Shown piece by piece: positions 1 through 11,502 of a DNA stretch of 64,000 nucleotides. Each line of letters begins with the position of its first letter. Position 1 is the first letter of the stretch. This stretch comes from Stegostoma tigrinum (Eukaryota), in assembly GCF_030684315.1 (NCBI RefSeq), contig NC_081393.1, positions 16,239,479-16,303,478 on the forward strand, read 5' to 3'. A program made the translations under genes and the position numbers. The notes beneath the pieces are model-generated. The model had not been told where the DNA came from, did no database searches, and saw nothing but the letters and a program-made list of their open reading frames with translations.

Positions 1-456
1 CCGATTGTTTCATTTTTAATCAATCCTATTCGTGTACCTGATCTGAGAGAAGTTTTGAACTTCTAAACACATGCTTTGTTTTAAACCACTTTTGAACTGT
101 TCTGACCGTGTGATGAATTATCTGTAAGAGTGGCCGAACAGGACTGTTTGACACTTCAGATGTTTGTTCATTGATCTTGGTTTCAGATCATAACATCAAC
201 TGCTGGATTTTTTGAACCAGCCAAAACCAGCTGCTATAATGGCTATTGAGAACCTGAGTTCGTTGTCTACACTTTTCCTAAATGGGTGTGAAGTAACTTG
301 TAGCAATATCAATTTAGCAATTTAAATTGGGTGTTAAAATACAAACACGATTATGTGTCTTGTAAGCATTGTTCATATTAACCTGTGCCATTCAGTTCCT
401 GCTCTTGCTGGGCAAAATGCTACCTTTGAATGGTAACACAACATCATTACAAAACA

Positions 457-667
457 AAAATCAAAGTGTGAAGCTGGAGGAATACAGCAGGCCAGGCAGC
501 ATCAGAGGAACAGGAAAGTTGATGTTTCAGGTCGGGACCCTTTTTTTGAAGGGTCCCGACCTGAAACATCAGCTTTCCTGTTCCTCTGATGCCACCTGGC
601 CTGCTGTGTTCTTCCAGCTCCGCTTTGTTATTCTCTGACTCCAGGATCTACAATTCTTGCTATTTCT
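457..667. mobile_element. Fold-back mini-insertion of Neptune-like PLE terminal repeat (family A)
   Basis: ~80 bp inverted arms centred near 545 (gggaccctt-ttttg-aagggtccc) plus a one-sided tail. Flanked by direct repeat TTACAAAACA (447-456, 668-677). Confidence 0.85.
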
Positions 668-2439
668 TTACAAAACAGTTAATTTCTCTGTATTGAAACT
701 ATTTAAATTCTCTCTTTATGCTGACATCTCCTACTGTGACGCTATCTCATTTTACCAGTTAAACCAAAGGCTTCATTCTGATGCAGTTTTGGAAATGCTG
801 CCGTTTAAAAATAAGAGCAGCAAATGGCAGCAGTTAACGCTTTATTTCAGGCAGATATTGAATCCTTGAGCTCTGAAACTATGGAAAGTTTACTGGTATG
901 TTAAGGTGTAGTCAAGTAACAAAGGAATATGTGAAAGAAAACATGGCATATTGCTTGACAACATTAAGATCTTTGTACAACTATATTTTTTTAAGCATTC
1001 TTAAATAGGCAAAATAGGTTTCAGACTAAATAGAATTGTATATTTTATGAAATATTGGCATACAGTTTCTAAATAGAATATAACTATCAATTTTATTAGC
1101 CTTATCATCTCCAGTAGTATCTTTAACAGACCATCATGCTTGATTTATAACAATCCAGTACATACTGTATAAAAATATTTATTATATGTCATCACACGGT
1201 TCATGATGAAGGCTCAATTTGACTTCTGTATTTGATTGTGGAACAATTATTATATTTCCAAGTTGCAGGTGATACAAATCTTGGTTGGAATATGAGCTGT
1301 GAGGAGCATGTAAAAAGACTTTAAGGAGATCTAGGTAGGCTGTGAAAGTGGGCAAGAACATATTTAATATGAATGTAATGTGAATACAAATAGTAATTTA
1401 GAAGTACAAAATTTCTGTTTTACTCGTTCATGGGATGTGGTTGTTGCTGGCTAAACCAACATTTATTCGCATCTGTAATTGCCCAGAAGGCAGTTAAGAT
1501 TCAACCATGTTGCTGTGGTCTAGAGTCACATGTAGGCCAGACTGGATAAAGGTTGCAGAATTGCTTTTCCATTGGACATTGGTGAACCAGATGTGTTGTT
1601 ATGACGAATAACAGCGGTCATACATGGTTACTATTTGACTTGATTTCTATTCCAGATTTTCATTGAAATTAAATTTTACTATCTGCTGTGGTGGGATTTG
1701 AACCCAGGCCCCTAAAACATTAACATGGGGTTCTAGTTTACTGTCCTGTTAAATTTCCAAGACCATTGCTACCGCCATCCCATCAGTGTAGATGGAAAAC
1801 AAAACACACATTTGGCTGAAGCTTCTTGTCTTGCACTTGAGGCCAATTCACAGGAAATACCAGAACAACGGGAAAAGGACATTGAAACTATATGAGAGAA
1901 CAGTTCTAATTGGTAGGCAAGTGGGCTCTAATCGGTACAGGCATTACTAAGGAGAGTGCGCCAGTTAATGATTGTCATTTAAATACTACATTTTGTTTAA
2001 ATTGTTCAAAACAGTGTTCTGAGAAATAAACCAGAGAATGGTTATCACCTCTTCTGTTGTGTTGAGATAGGTGCAATACGTGTACGTTTTTTGTGTAAAC
2101 AACAGGGCCCTGTGTATTAATGTATATAGCTTCCCGGTGCATGCAAGTGCACCATACTACAATCCCAACCCTAAATTGAGTGTTAGCATAATACTTCCAA
2201 TGCTGAGGAGAATGCAGGCAAGTGTGAGGCTATCCAGTTTAGTAGGAAGAACAAAGGTGCAGTGTATTTCTTAAGTGGGACTGATTATAAAGTTTTCTCC
2301 TCAAAGAGACCATAGGTTGAGGTGTTTAAAAATCATTGAAAGCTAACATGTAGATGCAGCAAGCATTCCAGACGGCAACTGAAATACTGACCTTTAATCA
2401 TAAGATTTGGATTTGAATGTAGGTGCAAAGAAATATTAC

Positions 2440-2920
2440 TTCAGTTATATAGAACATTAGTGTGATTGCAGTTGTGGTTTTATTTACTGTTTTGATTGTT
2501 TGCCTGAAGGAGATACCTGCCATTGAGGTAGTGCAGTGGAAGTTTCCTAGATTTATTTCTGAGATGGTGAAACAGTCGAAAGAGAAGAGATTGAGGACAC
2601 TGGGCCTGTAATTGTTGGAATTTGGAAGCATGAGAGATGATCTCATGAAAAGATGGAATTTTTCAAAAGGGTTAATAAGCAGAATTGATTTGGAAAGGAT
2701 GTTTCCCCATGATTGAGGTATAGAATCAAGGGACACGGTCTCTGAATAAAAGGTAAATTGTTCAGAAATGAGATATGGTTAAACATTTTCACTCAGGAGT
2801 GAACCTTTAGAATTTCCTACTCCAGAGAGCTATGGAAATTCAGTCATTAAAATAGGTTCAATGAGCTAACGCCATCAAAGGCTATGGGGAAATTACAGAA
2901 ATGAGGCATTCAGGGAGATG
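2440..2920 (+). mobile_element. Old, degenerate CR1-type LINE 3' fragment
   Basis: Decayed ORF2 C-terminal-like sequence (gtgcagtggaagttt..., ttggaagcatgagagatgatctc...). Confidence 0.7.
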
Positions 2921-2924
2921 ATCT

Positions 2925-3072
2925 TCGCCAACTTTAGGTACATTTAAGTCGTCATTGGATAAGCATATGGAGTACATGGAATAGCGTAGGTTAGATGGGC
3001 TTGAGATCGGTATGACAGGTCGGCACAACATCGAGGGCCGAAGGGCCTGTACTGTGCTGAAATGTTCTATGT
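2925..3072 (+). mobile_element. Young CR1 LINE extreme 3' end (~150 bp)
   Basis: Near-identical to 5963-6118 and 35071-35229; ends in the TGTTCTATG tail. Confidence 0.9.
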
Positions 3073-3227
3073 ATCTAAAATTGTGGCGCCATTGAAGAGT
3101 TGAAATGTCTCCTCTGCTCCGATGTTCCCTTTTTTTTGTTGTTATCTGCCCCAAGTTGCTCTTGAGAAGATGGTGGTGGTGAGCTGCATTCTTGAACTGC
3201 TGCATTCGTTGTGTGTGCAGCCACAGT

Positions 3228-3883
3228 CCGATTAGGTTGTGGTTGGTTGGTTTGCGAAGCTGGTTCTTTGTTGTTTCACAGATGTTTCATTACCCTGCTG
3301 GGTAACATCATCAGCGCAGCCTCCGATAAAGTGCCTTTGTGTTTTCCTTCCTGGTTTTTAAACCCTGGAGTTGGTTGAGCTGGATCACCTCACTTGCGGT
3401 TTTCCTTTGCAATGGAGTGCACATAGGGTTGAGCTCGATGTCTTTTTGTCTTTGTTGATGGCTTTCTTAGTGGAGTATCAGGCTTCTAGGAGCCCCCATG
3501 CCTGTCTCTGCTTTGCTTGTCCCAGAATCTTGATGTGTCCCAATTGAATTGGTAGTTCTTATCCATATGGATAGAGATGAGTGGATGAGTGAGTATCGGT
3601 CGTGTCTTTTTGTAGCCAAAAGATGTTCGCGTACCCTTGTTATTAATTTCCTTCCTGTTTGTCCGATATATTGTTTGTCACAGTCTCTGCAGGGAATCTT
3701 GCATATGACATTTGGTCCTGTCCATAGTGGGGAGTGGATCTTTGGTTCAGGTGAGCAGGTGTCATAGGGTAAATGCGGGTTTGTGTGCTACTCTGATGCC
3801 CAGTGGTCCTAGGAGTCATGTGGTTAGTTCTGATGTGTTCTTGAAATAAGATAGCGTGATGAGTGTGTCGGGGTGCATGGTAT
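3228..3883 (-). mobile_element. Poseidon-like Penelope element, 3' part (linker, GIY-YIG endonuclease, terminal repeat with hammerhead motif)
   Basis: Minus strand reads MHPDTLITLSYFKNTSELTT*LLGPLGIRVAHKP, then NVICKIPCRDCDKQYIGQTGRKLITRVREH. Hammerhead-like motif at 3277-3318. Confidence 0.88.
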
Positions 3884-3939
3884 TTAAAATGCCATTGCAC
3901 TGGTCAAGTGCTGGTAGTCCAGAGCTGGCCTGCGTTGCT

Positions 3940-4120
3940 TGATTCCAAATATGAAAGTCCTGGTGAATGGAGTGAAGCAAAGAAGTGATGTTATCTTCTC
4001 CCTGGGCAGCTAGGGAAGGCGACAGCACCAGGCCCTTCCGGCCTGGCCATAAGTTGTCACCCAGGTCAGTGCACTGTCAATGGTCCAGACAATGGCCAGC
4101 AATGCAGCAAGAAAGATGTT
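3940..4120 (+). pseudogene. Degenerate Myb/SANT-like domain, probably from a Harbinger-type transposon
   Basis: Reads KVLVNGVKQRSDVIFSLGS*GRRQHQALPAWP*VVTQVSALS, then a frameshift to NGQQCSKK. The pattern resembles NAIF1/MSANTD-type domains. Confidence 0.5.
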
Positions 4121-4429
4121 CTCTACTCCCTCCAGGGCAAATGCCATTATCTCCTCTCTGCTACCTCCCACTTACTCGAAATCTACTACTACACCCATCT
4201 CCCACCAAGCATTATGCTCTACCACTCCCAATATTGCAAGCAATATCTTCCCTTGCCCATTTCACTTACCCCAACACCCTACCACACCCTGTACCACCCC
4301 ACCGCAAAGGACTGAAAGGCAAGGAAAGACAAGAAAAGTACGCTATGAGTGTCCAAGTAGATGCAAAGTGAGTGAGCACTAAGAGAGAAAGTGAGCAGCA
4401 TTGCAATATTACCGGTCCATGCCTTTAGA

Positions 4430-4690
4430 TGTGCGAAGCATTTAGAAAACAATGTTTGGATCAGACAGAGTCATCATAGAATTATGAAGGAGAACCATGC
4501 TTGAAAAATCTGTTGGATTTCTATGAAGATGGAACTTGTAGAGTTGACAAGGGGGAGCCAGTCAATATGGTATATTTGCACTTTCAGAAAGCATTTGACA
4601 AAGTCCCGCGTATCAGATTATTATGCAAGATTAAAGTGTGTTGGATTGGGGGAAGTGTATTGTGATGGAGAGAAAACTGGTTGGCAGAGA
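4430..4690 (+). mobile_element. Older CR1 RT fragment
   Basis: Degenerate RT-coding stretch (…ctttcagaaagcatttgacaaagtccc…). It duplicates RT motifs that recur in the young copy at 4850-5070. Confidence 0.75.
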
Positions 4691-6118
4691 GGAATAGCAA
4701 ATGTGGTTCCCCTGTTCAAGAAGGAGAGTAGAGACAACCCTGGTAATTATGGACCAGTGAGCCTTACCTCAGTTGTTGGTAAAGTGTTGGGAAAGGTTAT
4801 AAGGGACAGGATTTATAAACATCTAGAAAAGAATAAATTGATTCGAGATAGTCAGCATGGTTTTTTGAAGGGAAGGTCGTGCCTCACAAACCTTATTGAG
4901 TTCTTTGAGAAGGTGACCAAACAGGTAGATGAGGGTAAACCGGTTGATGTCTTGTATATGGATTTCAGCAAGGTGTTCGATAAGGTTCCCCACAGTAGGC
5001 TATTCTACAAAATGCGGAGGAATGAAATTGTGGGAGATATAGCAGTTTGGATCGGAAATTGGCTTTCTGAAAGAAGACGGAGGGTGGTAGTTGATCGGAA
5101 ATGTTCATCCTGGAGACCAGTTACTAGTGATGTACCACAAGGGTCGGTGTTGGGTCCACTGCTGTTTGTCATTTTTATAAATGACCTGGATGAGGGCGTA
5201 GAAGGATGGGTTAGTAAATTTGCAGATGACACTAAGGTCGGTGGAGTTGTGGATAGTGACGAAGGATGCTGTAGGTTGCAGAGAGACATAGATAAGCTGC
5301 AGAGCTGGGCTGAGAGGTGGCAAATGGAGTTTAATGCAGACAAGTGTGAGGTGATACACTTTGGTAGGTGTAACCGGAAGGCAAAGTACAGGGCTAATGG
5401 TAAGATTGTTAGTAGTGTAGATGAGCAGAGAGATCTTGGTGTCCATGTACACAGATCCTTGAAAGTTGCCACCCAGGTTGACAGGGTTGTTAAGAAGGCA
5501 CACAGTGTTTTAGCTTTTATTAATAGAGGGATCGAGTTCCGGAACCAAGAGGTTATGGTGAAGCTGTACAGAAATCTGGTGCGGCCGCACTTGGAGTATT
5601 GTGTACAGTTCTGGTCACCGCATTATAAGAAGGATGTGGAAGCTTTGGAAAGGGTGCAGAGGAGATTTACTGGGATGTTGCCTGGTATGGAGGGGAGGTC
5701 TGACGAGGAAAGGCTGAGGGACTTGAAGCTGTTTTCATTAGAGAGAAGAAGGTTGAGAGAGGTGACTTAATTGAAACATATAAAATAATCAATGGGTTAG
5801 ATAGGGTGGATAGGGAGAGCCTTTTTCCTAGGATGGTGACGGCGAGCACGAGGGGGCATAGCTTTAGACTGAGGGGTGAAAGATATAGGACAGATGTCAG
5901 AGGTAGTTTCTTTACGCAGAGAGTAGTAAGGGAATGGAATGCTTTGCCTGCAGTGGTAGTAGATTCGCCAACTTTAGGTACATTTAAGTCGTCATTGGAT
6001 AAGCATATGGATGTACATGGAATGGTGTAGGTTAGATGGGCTTGAGATCGGTATGACAGGTCGGCACAACATCGAGGGCCGAAGGGCCTGTACTGTGCTG
6101 TAATGTTCTATGTTCTAT
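4691..6118 (+). mobile_element. Young 5'-truncated CR1 LINE (RT domain to 3' tail)
   Basis: ORF with QHGF, PQGSVLGP and KFADD motifs. Frameshift near 5760. Ends in (TGTTCTA)n. Confidence 0.95.
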
Positions 6119-7050
6119 GTATCTTCCTGGTGTTGTTCGTGTAATAGGCATTTTCTGACCCGGTTTTTTAGATATCCGTTCTCCTTGAATACCTGGTAGA
6201 GGTATTCTTCTTCTTGGTATAGTTTTGTGCTGCTGCAGCACGTTATTGCCCATTTAAATAATGTTAGCACGCAGCTTTGTTTGTGTGTGTTAGGATGGTT
6301 TCTGTTGAAGTTCAGTACTTCGTGAGAGTGTGTGACTTTTCTGAGTACTTTCGTTTGGAATTCCCCATTTGTCCTGTGCTCTACCATGATGTCCAGGAAT
6401 GGGAGCTGTTTGTTCTTCTCCTCCTTTCTGATGAATTTGATTCCAGTGAGGGTGTTGTTTATTAGTTTGTGTGTCTCTTCTGGTTTGGTCCATTTAATGA
6501 TGACAGAGGTGTCATCCACATAGCGTATCCATAGTTTTGGTTGGATTAGCGGAAGGGCTGTACTTTCCAATCTTGACATCACTGCCTCGGCTATTAGCCC
6601 CGAGGTAGTTGATCCCATGGCTGTCCCGTTGATCTGTTCGTATATTTGGCCATTGAAAGTGAAGTGGGTGGTGAGGCATAGGTCCAGTAGCTTCAGCATG
6701 TTTTCTGTGGAGACGTTTTCACTGGAACCTTGTTCTTGTTCTTGTTCTGGTAGTGCTGTCATTGTTTCCCTTGCTAGTGGTAAGCCTATTGATGTGAATA
6801 GGGCAGTGACGTCAAACGATTCCATGGTCTCATCGTCATCTATCCTTATGCCTTTAATGGAATTGAGGGACTCCTGGGCTGAATGGATTGAGTGGGGTGA
6901 TTTGTTGATGAGGTGCCTTAGTTTCCTTTGTAGTTCCTTGGCTAGTCTGTGTGATGGACGGTGTGCCTGGTAGGGAGACTAAGGGTTTAAGGGGTACTTC
7001 CGGTTTGTGTACTTTGAGGAGGCCATAGAATCAGGGTATGTTGGTTACTT
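6119..7050 (-). mobile_element. Poseidon-like Penelope element, RT part (continues into 3228-3883)
   Basis: ORF 6115-6825: SFDVTALFTSI, GTAMGS, WIRYVDDT and LPFLDI are PLE RT motifs. Confidence 0.92.
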
Positions 7051-9701
7051 CAGTTGGCTTCTTTCACCATGTCAGTCACCATTAGTTTTAAGAAGTCCCG
7101 CTTGCTCAAGAAACAGTTGGCAAGATTTTCCAAACTATTAGAACTAATTAGAAGGGCCTGTTTCCACACTGTGTAAGGATTCAAGATTCTGTGAACATTT
7201 CTGAACTATTTTTGTGTGTGCTGAAGATCTTGTTATTAGTTCAAAGTTTTTACAGGCTTAACATAACCTCTCTACTTTTTAATTCTGTTCCCACAGAAAT
7301 TGATCCTAGTGCTTTTTTTAAATGTATGTTATAAGTGTAGATTGTATATCACTATTTTAAGCAGCTAACAATATATACAGTTTTTTGAGCTATTTGTCCC
7401 ACTTAAATGGTTATTTTTACAACCAGCTTAGTCTTAACTATATTACAACTCAGTTGCCAAATACATACCTATTCTTCAAGTTTGTTAACAATTTTCTTCT
7501 TGTAATCATACACTAATTTTCCTTAGATCTGGTGTTAAGCTGTGGATTTGTTCTACCTTTTTTTTAAATATAAGCTGTATGGTGGCTTTTCACCAATGTA
7601 ATTCTCTATTCCTTTTCTTCATCACTTTTTATATATGTGTATTATCTCTCACCTGACTTTTAATATGTGCAGGGACTCGAATACTCTCATTGAGCATTTT
7701 TATGGGACAACAAGGTATAGAGCTGGAAGAACACAGCAGGCCGAGCAGGAATGCTGGTGTTTCGGGCCTAGACTCCTGTTCAGAAATGGGGAAGGGGAAA
7801 GGCATTCTGAAATAAATAGGGAGAGAGGGGGAGGCGGATAGAAGATGGATGGTGGAGAAGATAGGTGGAGAGGAGACAGTCAGGTCAAAGAGCCGGGGAT
7901 GGAGCCAGTAAAGGTGAATGTAGGTGGGGAGTTAGGGAGGAGATAGGTCAGTCCAGGGAGGACGGACAGGTCAAGTGGGGGAGGTGCGGAATGAGGTTAG
8001 GAGGTAGGGGATGGGGGTGGGGCTTGAGGTGGGAAGAGGGGATTGGTGAGAGGAAGGACAGGTTAGGGAGACGGTGACGAGCTGGGCTGGTTTTGGGATC
8101 CCATAGAGGGAGGGGAGATTTTGAAGCTTGTGAAATCCACTTTGATACCATTGGGCTGCAGTGTTCCCAAGTGGAATATGAGTTGCTGTTCCTGCAACCT
8201 TTGGGTGGCATTGTTTGGCATTGCAGGTGGTCCAGGATGGACATGTCGTCTGAGGAATGAGAGGGGAAGTTGAAATGGTTCGTGACTGGGAGGTGCAGTT
8301 GTTTATTGCAAACCGAGCATGGGAGTTCTGCAAAGCGGTCCCCAAGCCTCCGCTTGGTTGCCCCAATGTAGAGGAGGCCACAACGGGAACAGTGGATGCA
8401 GTATACCACATTTGCAGATGTACGGGTGAACATCTGCTTGATGTGGAAAGTCTTCCTGGGGCCTGGGATGGGGGTGAGGGGGGTGATGTCTAATGGCAAG
8501 TGTAGCACTTCCTGCGGTTGCGGGGAAAAGTGGAGTGGGGCTGGAGACGTGTATGGAGTGGACAGGGAGTCACAGAGAGAGTGGTCCCTCCAGAAAGCAG
8601 GTAAGGATGGGGAGGGAAAAATGTCTTTGGTGGTGGGGTCGGATTGCAGATGGCGGACATGTCGGAGGATGATGTGTTGGATCCGGAGGTTGGTGGGGTG
8701 ATACGTGAGGATGAGGGGGATTCTGTTTTGGTTGTTATTGCGGGGAGGGGGTCTGAGGGGTGAGTTGCGGGAAATGTGGAAGACACAGTCGAGGGCATTC
8801 TTGACCACCGAGGTGGGGGAATGTTGCGGTCCTTGAAAAATGAGGACATCTAAGAAGTATGGGAGTGGAATGCCTCATCCTGGGAGCAGATATAGCGGAG
8901 GCAAAGGAGTTGGGAATAGGGGATGGCATTTTTGCAGGAAGGTGAGTGGGCGGAGGTACATTCTCAGTAGCTGTGGGAGTCAGTGGGCTTGAAATGGACA
9001 TCGGTTTCTAGGTGGTTGCCAGAGGTGGAAACAGAGACACCTAGGATGGGGAGAGAGGTATTAGAGATGGTCCAGGGGAAGGGGTGGAAGGTGTTGGTGA
9101 AGTGGATGAGCTCCTCGTGAGAGCACGAGGTGGCGTTGATACAGTCATCGATGTAACGGAAGAAGAGGTGGGGTTTAGGGCCAGTGTAGCCACGGAAGAG
9201 GGATTGTTCCACGTAACCTCCAAAGATGCAGGCATAGCTTGGGTCCATGCTTGGGCCCTTTGTCTGTTGGAAGTGGGAGGAATTGAAAGAGAAGTTGTTG
9301 AGGGTGAGGACGAGTTCGGTTAAGTGGATGAGGGTGTCATTGGAGGGGTCTGGTCGGGCCTGTGGGACAGGAAGAAGCAGAGGGCCTTTCGGCCATCTGT
9401 TTGGGGAGTGCAGGTGTATAGGGACTGGATGTCTATGGTAGAGATGAGGTGTTGGGGACTGGAGAGTTGGAAGTTCTGGAGGAGGTAAAGGGCGTGGGTA
9501 ATGTCACCGACTTAGGTAGGGAGTTCCTGGACTATCAACATTTCAGTTGCTTTATGATCTTTAATGAAGAAATTTCTTTTATTTTTGGCATTTTTTATTT
9601 GTAGATATTTCTAATTAGTTTGGAAAATCTTGCCAACTGTTTCTTGAGCAAGAGGGACTTCTTAAAACTTATGATGACTGACATGTGAAAAAGGCCAATT
9701 G
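7051..9701. repeat. ~95 bp inverted repeat pair of non-TE-looking DNA (7051-7150 vs 9609-9701)
   Basis: ttgctcaagaaacagttggcaagattttccaaacta is the reverse complement of tagtttggaaaatcttgccaactgtttcttgagcaa; similarity extends to both sides. Confidence 0.9.
7705..9532 (-). mobile_element. Neptune-like Penelope element (family A), 5'-truncated and frameshifted
   Basis: RT fragments (FFRYIDDCI), Cys-rich linker (RRKCYTC), GIY-YIG (NVVYCIHCSRCGLLYIGATKRRLGDRFAE), C-rich 3' region, decayed hammerhead near 7760-7785. Confidence 0.93.
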
Positions 9702-11339
9702 TCATAGTAAACTACGTTGTGTTTATAGCTCAGGAATTTATTGTTGCTTGTATGTTTCACCAAAGATGTCTGTGCATCAGAAGTAAGTAACACAAGAATA
9801 TGTTTCAAGCTTATTGCCAAATAGAACCAGAAAATACTCAAAATTAAGCCATCATCTTGGGGTGGGGGGAAACTAGAAATAGCATGGTAAGGTTTTAATT
9901 GTCGGTTGGAAACTAGTAGAAAGGCTTCCCGCTGTCAGCTCAGTCTGCTTTCTTTTCCATTTAAGCCATTGGTAGCAACGTAAGTGGGTATATCATAAGT
10001 GGATTGATTACTGCTGCCATTTTCACTCTTGTCAATGCAAGTTAAAATCAATCTGACTGAACTATGAGATAATCCTACAGCCTAAATGGTGAGCACATGG
10101 CATAGCATTACTTCAAGACTGGAAATAGTTTTAATAACTTTAATTTGTGTGGAGTAGTGTGTTTCAAAGAGAGGAATGTTAGTATTCGGGAGCAGCATTT
10201 GTACTAACTAATCAGGGAGCACTACAGCACAGTTAGATGCTGAGTGAAGCCTCAAACTCGATGAAATTCTTACTGCTTTACAGAAAATGCTGGAAGTACT
10301 CAGCAGGCTGTGCCAAGAGAAAGAGAAGCAGAGTTTAAGTTTCAGGCCTATGATGCCTCTGTTGTTGATTTCCAGCATTCCCAGTATTTTGCTTTGCTCG
10401 AGAGTGATTTTGTTTTCAGTTTTGAAAGGTTTTCTGAGTGCAGTTGAAAATGAGTGCTATGTGTGGAACAGTTTTATGCTGTAAACCTACGGCTACAAGA
10501 AATATGACTACCGTTGCCGATTCACTTGGGACCATTTACAGCCTGTAGATAAAGAAGACTTTTTCGTTCATCAATCTGAGCTTGATTCAAGAATCATTGA
10601 TTCTTCAAGTGTATCAGCTAGCATTCTTGCTTAATTTTTTTTGGAATAGTAATGTGATGAGAGCTCAGAAGACTAACTTCTCTGTAATGGTTTGAAAGGA
10701 TTTGAAATTCATGTTACTTACAAGCCCAAAGGCATGGCAATGATCTATGGAAAACATAAAAAGAAAAAGTACCTGCTCCCGGGAGAATTTTTTATTTGGT
10801 TTATCTTGTTGGACGGGTGAAGAGGAGAAGGGAGGAGTGGCAGCCAAAGGATCAGTACAGCTGCTGGGATGCTTGAGGCTGCATTGATGTAAGTTGTGGA
10901 AATAAGTCTAACTAGGGTATTCCTACTTATGTATGTGCCACTGCTTGCCCACAAAAAATGTTGGTTGTATGCCATGAATTACTGGAAGCAATTAATCTCA
11001 CAGTAGATTCCTGTGTACACTTTCTTTACACAATCATTCATCTATTTGCTTTCAAATTTACTTTATAAGTTAAAAGTGAGGAATTTAGCCCAAGAATTTT
11101 GAGTGTACTTGTAAATAGAAGATCTGTGGTGATTAGTGTAAAATTTAAAAGAAAAATGGAAGCCTGGCAACCATGAAGCAGCAAATTTGAGAAAGAAAGT
11201 ATTATCTCGTTTTTAGGACCTTCACATTGTCATGGGCTTATAGCTGGCCTTTCCCCATCCTCTTCCGATGTGTATTTTGAGTTCCAAATGTATATGGTTA
11301 TGGCCTTGAGAAGTATCCCTTTTGTAGAAAATTATTATT

Positions 11340-11502
11340 TATATGCCTAGTCCAGTTATGTTTCCAGTCAATTTGCAATTCTGTTTGGAAGTTTGGAAGA
11401 GAGTGCAGAGTAGAAAATTATTTATTTTCTACTCTGCACTCTCTTCCAAACTTCCAAACAGAATTGCAAATTGACTGGAAACATAACTGGACTAGGCATA
11501 TA
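11340..11502. repeat. Perfect palindrome, 79 bp arms with a 5 nt spacer
   Basis: 11340-11418 is the exact reverse complement of 11424-11502. Confidence 0.97.

Noticed and set aside
109-257. C/D box snoRNA (GTGATGA ... CTGA)
   Set aside because: No convincing terminal stem or recognisable rRNA/snRNA guide; such boxes occur by chance several times in the window. An Rfam/snoscan search would settle it.
4523-5770. 415 aa RT ORF as an intact retroelement or domesticated gene
   Set aside because: The N-terminus is out-of-frame old CR1 sequence, there is no endonuclease, and a frameshift occurs near 5760.
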